A stretch of 32,000 nt of DNA from Pseudomonadota bacterium (GTDB lineage: Bacteria; Pseudomonadota; Gammaproteobacteria; Burkholderiales; Thiobacillaceae). The notes beneath the pieces are model-generated. The model did not search any database and was not told where the DNA came from. It was given only the letters and a program-made list of their open reading frames with translations. Within the stretch, counting starts at the first letter, position 1. The number at the start of each line of letters is the position of its first letter. The translations under genes and the position numbers were made by a program. Shown here in pieces: positions 26,373-32,000 of this stretch. The DNA is taken from positions 10,898-42,897 of the forward strand of contig JBFMCR010000004.1 in the NCBI GenBank assembly GCA_040754425.1, read 5' to 3'.

Positions 26373-27212
26373 ATGTCCGACATTCTCAATAAAATCCTCG
26401 CCACCAAGCGCGAGGAGATCGAAGCCGGCCTGAAAGAGGTCTCGCTTGCAAAAATGCAGGCGCTTGCCAAGGCGCAGCCGCCTGCGCGCGATTTCGTCGG
26501 CGCCATTCGCGCCAAAATCGCCGCCGGCAAGCCGGCCGTCATCGCCGAAATCAAGAAGGCCAGCCCCAGCAAAGGCGTACTGCGTGAGGATTTTCGGCCG
26601 GCCGAAATCGCCAAGAGCTACGAGGCGGGCGGTGCTGCCTGTTTGTCAGTGCTCACTGATAAACAATATTTCCAGGGCAGCGCCGAATACCTCCAGCAGG
26701 CGCGCGCAGCCTGTTCGCTGCCGGTGCTGCGCAAAGACTTCATCATCGACCCCTACCAGGTCTATGAAGCCCGTGCCATGGGCGCGGACTGCATCCTGTT
26801 AATCGTGGCGGCGTTTTCGCTCCCCTCTCCCCAGGGGAGAGGGGCTGGGGGTGAGGGCGCGGTGTTTGATATCCCCACCATGCGCGCACTTGAAGCCCTG
26901 GCTTTCGAGCTGGGCATGGCCGTGCTGGTGGAGTCCCACAACGCCGAAGAACTCGACGCCGCGCTACAGTTGAAAACCCCGCTGCAGGGCATCAACAACC
27001 GCAACTTGCGTACCTTTGAGGTCAGCCTCGATATCACGCTGGGACTTTTGCCCAAAATTGGTGCCAATCGCATTGTCATTACCGAGTCGGGCATTCTTGC
27101 ACCGGCCGATGTGGCTCGCATGCGCGCCCATGACGTCCAGGCCTTTCTGGTCGGTGAGGCTTTTATGCGCGCCGACAACCCTGGAGAAGCGCTAACGTGG
27201 CTTTTCGCCTAA
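26373..27212 (+). CDS. trpC: Indole-3-glycerol-phosphate synthase (with an 18-aa in-frame insertion)
   Basis: 279 aa with [38 protein letters not shown] and ESGI motifs. The extra segment [18 protein letters not shown] is absent from E. coli TrpC at the aligned position. Confidence 0.92.
   Translation: MSDILNKILATKREEIEAGLKEVSLAKMQALAKAQPPARDFVGAIRAKIAAGKPAVIAEIKKASPSKGVLREDFRPAEIAKSYEAGGAACLSVLTDKQYFQGSAEYLQQARAACSLPVLRKDFIIDPYQVYEARAMGADCILLIVAAFSLPSPQGRGAGGEGAVFDIPTMRALEALAFELGMAVLVESHNAEELDAALQLKTPLQGINNRNLRTFEVSLDITLGLLPKIGANRIVITESGILAPADVARMRAHDVQAFLVGEAFMRADNPGEALTWLFA
26814..26867. repeat. GC-rich palindromic (REP-like) repeat inserted in frame within trpC
   Basis: CCCCTCTCCCC-a-GGGGAGAGGGG is a perfect 11-bp stem (26822-26844), followed by GCTGGGGGTGAGGG. 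It is flanked by the imperfect direct repeat GCGGCGTTT (26808-26816) / GCGGTGTTT (26859-26867). The length is 54 nt, i.e. 18 codons. Confidence 0.65.
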
Positions 27213-27385
27213 ATTTATTGGGTATACAACTCAAAAAACTCATGTTGCTGAAATGCAACAAATAACAATTTGTGTGGGCTTATTGCAACATATTGATGTT
27301 TAAGGGTTTTTGAGTTCAATAAGATTTTGCGTGGCTTTTTGCCCACAAGCCAAACTGGTATTTTTGATCTTGTCAGTGCTTTTCC

Positions 27386-27415
27386 TTGAATCAGCACAGC
27401 CGCCCCGCCCATAAT
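27386..27415 (+). promoter_or_regulatory. Candidate sigma70 promoter for the porin gene in an AT-rich spacer
   Basis: TTGAAT (27386-27391), an 18-nt spacer, then CATAAT (27410-27415). The 264-nt trpC-porin spacer is conspicuously AT-rich compared with the rest of the window. Confidence 0.35.
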
Positions 27416-27435
27416 TGCCCTGTCCATTTCCGGAC

Positions 27436-27449
27436 AGCTCTGCAGAGCT
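27436..27449. promoter_or_regulatory. Perfect 14-bp palindrome in the porin leader (operator-like)
   Basis: AGCTCTGCAGAGCT is its own reverse complement. It lies between the candidate -10 and the AAGGAG RBS, and is preceded by the CTGTCC-atttcc-GGACAG hairpin (27419-27436). Confidence 0.3.
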
Positions 27450-27476
27450 TTTAAAAATTCTGTAAAGGAGAATGTA

Positions 27477-28529
27477 ATGCAAAAGAAACTGATTGCCCTG
27501 GCGCTGGCCTCCGCTTTCGCGGCCCCCGCCTTCGCAGCCACCTCCAACGTTGACGTTGGCGGCTATATGAACATGTCCTTCGACGTCCTGGACCAGGACA
27601 TCGTCGGTACCGACAGCAAGATGAACGTTTCCAGCAACTCTTCCAACATCTACTTCAAGGGTTCGGAAGACCTGGGCGGCGGCATGAAGGCCTTCTGGCA
27701 AATCCAGACCTACTTCGACGCCGGTGCTACCGGTAACGCTGACTTCAGCTTCGGCGGTACCGGTAACGGCGTCGCTACCGGCAACACCTTCGTTGGCCTG
27801 GACACCGCCTGGGGTAAGGCCCTGATGGGTAAGCACGAAGCTCCCTACAAGCTGGTCGGCCGCAAGTACGACTTCTTCAACAACACCCTGGGTGACTCCC
27901 GTAACATCATTGCCTTTGGCGGCAACGACGTTCGTCCGAACAACGTGATCGCCTACGGCACCCCCAACTTCAGCGGCTTCACCGCCCTGGTTGCCTATGT
28001 AACCAACCTTGGTGCCGGCCCCAACCTGGGCGCCCAAGCCAACGCCGTGTCTGCCAACGCTGGCTATGACAACGGCCCCCTGTCCCTGGGTCTGGGCTAT
28101 CAGAAGCTTTCCCTTCCGTTTATCGGCGCTTCCGACCCGTCTGCATGGCGCTTCGGTGCCAGCTACAAGTTCGGCGACTTCAAAGTGGCCGCTCTGTACC
28201 AGCAGGAAAACAATGTTGGCGGCGTTGCGGCCAACGACTCTGATGCCTGGGGTCTGGGTGCTTCCTACGCCATGGGTGCTTTCACTCTGAAGGGCCAGTA
28301 CTACACCCTTAGTCGTGACCTGGCTGCCAACCTCGACTCCGACATGTGGGCGCTGGGCGTTGACTACAGCCTGTCCAAGCGCACCAGCCTGTACGGCGTC
28401 TATGCCTCCATGGACAACGACATCGGTGCTGCCCGTACCCCCTTCGGCGGTGGTCACGGTGACAACCCCGGTACCGTTGGTGGTGGCAACCCCGACGGCT
28501 TCAGCCTGGGCGTGGTCCACAAGTTCTAA
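27477..28529 (+). CDS. Outer-membrane general porin (betaproteobacterial OmpC/Porin_4 type)
   Basis: Signal peptide MQKKLIALALASAFAAPAFA. The body has alternating amphipathic beta-strand composition rich in G/Y/N/D/A. The C-terminus ...GFSLGVVHKF carries the terminal Phe typical of OMPs. Codon usage looks highly expressed, and a strong AAGGAG RBS precedes the start. Confidence 0.85.
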   Translation: MQKKLIALALASAFAAPAFAATSNVDVGGYMNMSFDVLDQDIVGTDSKMNVSSNSSNIYFKGSEDLGGGMKAFWQIQTYFDAGATGNADFSFGGTGNGVATGNTFVGLDTAWGKALMGKHEAPYKLVGRKYDFFNNTLGDSRNIIAFGGNDVRPNNVIAYGTPNFSGFTALVAYVTNLGAGPNLGAQANAVSANAGYDNGPLSLGLGYQKLSLPFIGASDPSAWRFGASYKFGDFKVAALYQQENNVGGVAANDSDAWGLGASYAMGAFTLKGQYYTLSRDLAANLDSDMWALGVDYSLSKRTSLYGVYASMDNDIGAARTPFGGGHGDNPGTVGGGNPDGFSLGVVHKF

Positions 28530-28560
28530 TCTGACTTGGTCAGTTAGTTCGCGGTATTGA

Positions 28561-28589
28561 ACGGGCTCCTTCGGGAGCCCGTTTTTTTT
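28561..28589 (+). terminator. Rho-independent terminator of the porin gene
   Basis: ACGGGCTCC-ttcg-GGAGCCCGT perfect 9-bp stem followed by T8. Confidence 0.85.
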
Positions 28590-28664
28590 ATTGTTTTTCC
28601 GATGGGGCTTGCCTGGCGGCTGCGAATCCTGCAAAGTCATGCAGTTCGTATGTGGGATGAAGTG

Positions 28665-29288
28665 ATGAATCTGGACAATCTGATTACTACCTTTGATAAC
28701 AGCCTGCGCACGGTTTTCGCGCCGGCGCGGGGCGCACGGGCAAATCCCGCTGCCGATTTGCCGGAGGCGGGGCTGAGCGAGACCGAAAAACGCGAGGCCG
28801 AGGCGCTGATGCGGGTGAACCACGTGGGCGAGGTGTGCGCGCAGGCGCTGTACCAGGGCCAGGCGCTGACGGCTCGAAATCCCGAGTCGCGCGCGGCGCT
28901 GGAAAAGGCGGCGCGCGAGGAAACCGACCATCTGGCCTGGTGTGAGAGCCGCATCGAGGAACTGGGCGGGCGCAAGAGCCTTTTGAACCCCCTGTGGTAC
29001 GCCGGCTCCTTTGCCTTGGGCGCCACCGCCGGCGTTTTGGGCGACAAGTGGAATCTGGGCTTTCTGGCCGAAACCGAGCGCCAGGTGGAAGCGCATCTCG
29101 ACGAGCATCTGCGCCAGTTGCCGGAACAGGACGTGAAAAGCCGTGCCATCGTCGCGCAGATGAAGGAAGATGAAATCCGCCATGCGCAGACGGCGGTGCA
29201 ATACGGCGCGGCGGAGTTGCCTGCGCCGGTCAAGGTGGCCATGCGCGGCATGTCCCTGGCGATGAAGCTGATCGCGCACCGTATCTGA
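28665..29288 (+). CDS. coq7: Di-iron 5-demethoxyubiquinol hydroxylase (Coq7 family)
   Basis: [39 protein letters not shown] and KEDEIRHAQ, i.e. the two ExxH carboxylate-bridged di-iron motifs of Coq7. The start may be ATG 28650 instead. Confidence 0.88.
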   Translation: MNLDNLITTFDNSLRTVFAPARGARANPAADLPEAGLSETEKREAEALMRVNHVGEVCAQALYQGQALTARNPESRAALEKAAREETDHLAWCESRIEELGGRKSLLNPLWYAGSFALGATAGVLGDKWNLGFLAETERQVEAHLDEHLRQLPEQDVKSRAIVAQMKEDEIRHAQTAVQYGAAELPAPVKVAMRGMSLAMKLIAHRI

Positions 29289-29346
29289 TATAGGGCGATT
29301 TTCAGGATTGCTGCGGGCCGGAGTCTCTCATGATGGTGGGGTGCTC

Positions 29347-29375
29347 TTGAAAAGAGCCGTTAATGGTGCCATTAT
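29347..29375 (+). promoter_or_regulatory. Candidate sigma70 promoter of the toxin-antitoxin operon
   Basis: TTGAAA (29347-29352), a 17-nt spacer, then CATTAT (29370-29375), about 30 nt upstream of the antitoxin ATG. Confidence 0.3.
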
Positions 29376-29404
29376 TGGGTTTGTTAAGAGACCTGTTGCT
29401 GATC

Positions 29405-29659
29405 ATGGCACACCAGATATTGGCCGAAACAACCGCCAGCGTTTCCGAGTTGAAGCGGAATCCCATGGCTACCGTCGCGGCGGGGGAAGGCTTCCCTGTC
29501 GCAATTCTCAACCGCAACGAGCCGGCTTTTTACTGTATTCCTGCCAAGGCTTACGAAGAATTGATGAACAGGCTGGAAGACCTTGAACTGAACGCGCTCG
29601 CCGATGCCCGGCTGAAGGATGGCAAAGCTCCCGTGCGGGTCACGCTGGATGAGTTATGA
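29405..29659 (+). CDS. Type II antitoxin, Phd/YefM-StbD/YafN family
   Basis: 84 aa: MAHQILAETTASVSELKRNPMATV...GFPVAILNRNEPAFYCIPAKAYEELMNRLEDLEL. The N-terminus resembles YafN/StbD. It overlaps the downstream toxin gene by 11 nt. Confidence 0.85.
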   Translation: MAHQILAETTASVSELKRNPMATVAAGEGFPVAILNRNEPAFYCIPAKAYEELMNRLEDLELNALADARLKDGKAPVRVTLDEL

Positions 29660-29933
29660 GTTGAATTTCCATCCGGATGCGCTGGATGAATGGCGCAAGC
29701 CGGACAAGTCGGTGCGCGATCAATTCAAGAAAAAACTGGCCGAGCGGCTGGAAAATCCGAAGGTTCCGGGTGCCCGACTTTCCGGCCAAAAAGACCGCTT
29801 CAAGATCAAGCTTCGGAACGCAGGATACCGGCTTGTTTATGAAGTGCGCGACAAACAGTTTGTGGTGTTGGTTGTTGCGGTCGGAAAACGTGAGCGCAAT
29901 GCTGTTTATCAGACAGCCGCAAAACGTTCCTGA
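29649..29933 (+). CDS. Type II toxin, RelE/StbE/ParE superfamily mRNA interferase
   Basis: 94 aa: MSYELNFHPDALDEWRK...KKKL.ERLENP...LRNAGYRLVYEVRDKQFVVLVVAVGKRERNAVY, the RelE_StbE pattern. It is coupled to the upstream antitoxin. Confidence 0.85.
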   Translation: MSYELNFHPDALDEWRKPDKSVRDQFKKKLAERLENPKVPGARLSGQKDRFKIKLRNAGYRLVYEVRDKQFVVLVVAVGKRERNAVYQTAAKRS

Positions 29934-29959
29934 ATTCAATTTTGTTTTGTTGGACAACC

Positions 29960-30265
29960 ATGGCATTTGCAGAAAATCTCGCTGCCTTGCCCGATGTGCA
30001 GGGCAAGCGGCTGAGATTGCTTGACGGGCGGGGTCGGGAGGTAGCGGTAATCGAGAATGCCCCGGGCACAGCCGGCTCTTTCCGGGTTTACGTCGCCCTG
30101 GCAGCCAAATACGGCGCGATCAATGCCGCCGCCGCGCAGGAAGGCCTTTTGATTTACGCCGAGCATACGGAGGATGCCCGTCTTGATCCCGGCAAGCATC
30201 CCAATATCGACCGGCTGCTGGAAGTTCGGTCAGCCGGCAAGATATTCGGCGTTCGGATCGAATAG
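29960..30265 (+). CDS. Conserved hypothetical protein (possibly DUF2322-like)
   Basis: 101-aa ORF MAFAENLAALPDVQGKRLRLLDGRGREVAVIENAPGTAGSF... with host-like GC and codon usage. The family assignment is from memory only and is unverified. Confidence 0.5.
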   Translation: MAFAENLAALPDVQGKRLRLLDGRGREVAVIENAPGTAGSFRVYVALAAKYGAINAAAAQEGLLIYAEHTEDARLDPGKHPNIDRLLEVRSAGKIFGVRIE

Positions 30266-30266
30266 T

Positions 30267-30683
30267 TCAGCCTTCCACGATCTCGAAGTCGTGGGTCACT
30301 TCGGCCACCTTGCCGAGCATGATGCTGGCCGAGCAGTATTTTTCGGCCGACAGCTTGACCGCCTGCTCCACGCGCCTGGGGTCCAGCCCCTTGCCGGTGA
30401 GGATGAAGTGCACGTGGATGCGGGTGAAGACCTTGGGGTCGGTCTCCGCCCTGTCTGCGTCGATTTCGGCCACGCAGTCGGTAACCGGCTGGCGGCTTTT
30501 CCTCAGGATGAGCACGACGTCGAAGGCGGTGCAGCCGCCCATGCCCAGAAGCAGCATTTCCATGGGGCGCACCCCCAGGTTCCTGCCGCCGGCCTCGGGC
30601 GCCCCGTCCATGACCACGGTGTGGCCGGATTCGCTCTGGCCGGCGAAGCTGACGCCTTCTATCCACTTGATGCGGGCTTTCAT
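30267..30683 (-). CDS. OsmC/Ohr-family (YhfA-like) protein
   Basis: 138 aa with the two conserved Cys contexts GMGGCTAFD and AEKYCSAS typical of the OsmC family. ATG 30683 was chosen. Confidence 0.85.
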   Translation of the reverse strand: MKARIKWIEGVSFAGQSESGHTVVMDGAPEAGGRNLGVRPMEMLLLGMGGCTAFDVVLILRKSRQPVTDCVAEIDADRAETDPKVFTRIHVHFILTGKGLDPRRVEQAVKLSAEKYCSASIMLGKVAEVTHDFEIVEG

Positions 30684-30758
30684 GGGGTCTCCAGTCAAAT
30701 TCGTTCCCGGCCCTTATACCATAGCGCAGCGGGACTTTAAGCTATTTGCAGACCGGCA

Positions 30759-30788
30759 TTGACACACCTCGGGTTTGGCCCGTAAAAT
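30759..30788 (+). promoter_or_regulatory. Candidate sigma70 promoter of rplM-rpsI
   Basis: TTGACA (30759-30764), an 18-nt spacer, then TAAAAT (30783-30788). The leader contains a GCCGCC-ctgtt-GGCGGC hairpin (about 30806-30822). Confidence 0.5.
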
Positions 30789-30848
30789 CGCGCTCTTTTC
30801 GAGTGCCGCCCTGTTGGCGGCGCCATAGACTTGGGTTCAGAGGTTGCA

Positions 30849-31283
30849 ATGAAAACCTTCTCCGCAAAACCGCATGAAGTGAAGCGCGACTGGTTCGTGG
30901 TGGACGCCACGGACGCCGTGCTGGGGCGGCTCGCCGCCGAAATCGCCCGCCGTCTGCGCGGCAAGCACAAGGCCATCTACACGCCGCACGTGGACACGGG
31001 CGACTACATCGTCGTGGTCAACGCCGACAAGATCCGCGTCACCGGCAACAAGGAACTGGACAAGAAGTATTACCGCCACTCCGGCTATCCGGGCGGCATT
31101 TACGAAACCACCTTCGGCAAGATGCAGGCCCGCTTCCCCGGCCGCGCGCTGGAGAAGGCGGTCAAGGGCATGCTGCCCAAGGGCCCGCTGGGCTACGCCA
31201 TGATCAAGAAAATGAAGGTCTACGCCGGGCCTCAGCATCCCCACGTTGCGCAGCAGCCGCAAACTCTCGAAATCAAGGGTTGA
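30849..31283 (+). CDS. rplM: 50S ribosomal protein L13
   Basis: [57 protein letters not shown], canonical L13. Confidence 0.96.
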   Translation: MKTFSAKPHEVKRDWFVVDATDAVLGRLAAEIARRLRGKHKAIYTPHVDTGDYIVVVNADKIRVTGNKELDKKYYRHSGYPGGIYETTFGKMQARFPGRALEKAVKGMLPKGPLGYAMIKKMKVYAGPQHPHVAQQPQTLEIKG

Positions 31284-31288
31284 ATCAC

Positions 31289-31681
31289 ATGATCGGTAAT
31301 TACAACTACGGTACCGGCCGTCGCAAGGAAGCAGTGGCCCGCGTGTTCATCAAGGCCGGCTCCGGCAACATCGTCGTCAACGGCAAGCCGGTGGACTCTT
31401 TCTTCTCGCGCGAAACCGGGCGCATGATCGTGCGTCAGCCCCTGGTGCTGACCGACAGCGCCGACAAGTTCGACATCATGGTCAACGTGACCGGCGGCGG
31501 CGAATCCGGCCAGGCCGGTGCGGTGCGCCACGGCATCACCCGCGCCCTGATCGACTACGACCCCGGCTTGAAGCCCGCCCTCAAGGCCGCCGGTCTGGTG
31601 ACGCGCGACGCCCGTGCGGTGGAACGCAAGAAGGTCGGCCTGCACAAGGCGCGCCGTCGCAAGCAATTCTCCAAGCGTTGA
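31289..31681 (+). CDS. rpsI: 30S ribosomal protein S9
   Basis: [15 protein letters not shown]..., [19 protein letters not shown], ...[25 protein letters not shown], canonical S9. Confidence 0.96.
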   Translation: MIGNYNYGTGRRKEAVARVFIKAGSGNIVVNGKPVDSFFSRETGRMIVRQPLVLTDSADKFDIMVNVTGGGESGQAGAVRHGITRALIDYDPGLKPALKAAGLVTRDARAVERKKVGLHKARRRKQFSKR

Positions 31682-31695
31682 TTCGCTTCGGCCAT

Positions 31696-31725
31696 AAAAA
31701 AAGCCACCTGCGGGTGGCTTTTTTT
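31696..31725 (+). terminator. Rho-independent terminator of rplM-rpsI
   Basis: AAAAAAAGCCACC-tgcg-GGTGGCTTTTTTT, a bidirectional-type A-tract/stem/T-tract. Confidence 0.88.
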
Positions 31726-31779
31726 ACGTCACGCAAGGCTTCGTTTCTTGCAATAATTCGATTTGTTGAATGGTGCATA

Positions 31780-31870
31780 GGACTGGATCGCCACGGGCCT
31801 TCGCCCTCGCGATGACGCCTCGCCGTCACTGCGAGGAGGCGGAGCCGACGCGGCAGTCCAGGTTTTTTTA
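31780..31870. repeat. Long imperfect GC-rich hairpin with T-tract (REP-like element)
   Basis: GGACTG...CCTCGCGATGACG (31780-31817) pairs with CGTCACTGCGAGG...CAGTCC (31824-31859), followed by GGTTTTTTTA. It resembles the widespread CGTCAYTGCGAGG...GCGACGCGGCARTCC class of intergenic repeats, as far as I recall. Confidence 0.5.
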
Positions 31871-31931
31871 TTTACCCTAGGAGTCTGCGCGGCAGAAGCC
31901 CTGGACAGCCAAAGATAAGCGACAATATCAC

Positions 31932-32000
31932 ATGCCTACCTCCTACCTTCCCTACACCCCTGGCCAGTCCTTGCTTTTACCGCCCTCGGTGGACGAATGG
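31932..32000 (+). CDS. IS transposase N-terminus (DUF772 / IS5-IS1182-like), truncated by window edge
   Basis: MPTSYLPYTPGQSLLLPPSVDEW. The motif Q-x-x-LLPPSVDEW(LP) is the characteristic N-terminus of IS1182/IS5-group transposases. Only 23 codons are visible and the IS ends cannot be defined. Confidence 0.55.
   Translation, partial: MPTSYLPYTPGQSLLLPPSVDEW

Noticed and set aside
26373-27212. trpC as a pseudogene because of the repeat insertion
   Set aside because: The insertion is exactly 54 nt, the frame and all catalytic-motif regions are intact, and there are no internal stops.
28665-29288. Coq7 together with UbiH and UbiI as an odd redundancy of ubiquinone hydroxylases
   Set aside because: Two flavin hydroxylases plus di-iron Coq7 (in place of UbiF) is the normal complement reported for pseudomonads and many betaproteobacteria. 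It covers the three ring hydroxylations.

Overview
High-GC chromosomal segment (roughly 60-65% by eye). Gene content and order look like a sulfur-oxidising Betaproteobacterium; all calls come from motif and sequence recognition, since no database search was possible. The core genes are a partial ygjP-like gene, gloA, rsmA-pdxA-surA-lptD (minus strand), amgK-murU, pepP-ubiH-ubiI, dsbC, a TonB-family gene, mltA, apaG, rpe-gph-trpE, trpG-trpD-trpC, a porin, coq7, a DUF-like ORF, an OsmC-family gene and rplM-rpsI. I saw no rRNA, tRNA or CRISPR. There are five accessory insertions: (i) a 5.4-kb sulfide-oxidation module (FisR-like sigma54 activator, type I SQR, FccB/SoxF-like flavoprotein, TAT-Rieske protein) splitting trpE from trpGDC; (ii) a lower-GC GxxExxY/PD-(D/E)XK gene bounded by inverted repeats between trpD and trpC; (iii) an in-frame 54-nt GC-rich palindromic repeat inside trpC; (iv) a Phd/StbD-RelE/StbE toxin-antitoxin pair; (v) the start of an IS transposase at the right edge. 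The most unusual property is how many intergenic gaps are filled by structured repeats. One set comprises at least eight hairpin elements sharing ACA-NN-GAGG...CCTC-NN-TGT termini; one of them carries the GxxExxY gene. A second family has three copies, each with a conserved ~52-nt core flanked by inverted arrays of tandem heptamers (GGATTCA/GGGTACA/GGGTTCA). These copies fit exactly between neighbouring stop and start codons and bracket trpE. I regard these repeat systems and the cytochrome-less FccB plus Rieske pairing as the best candidates for undescribed biology here.
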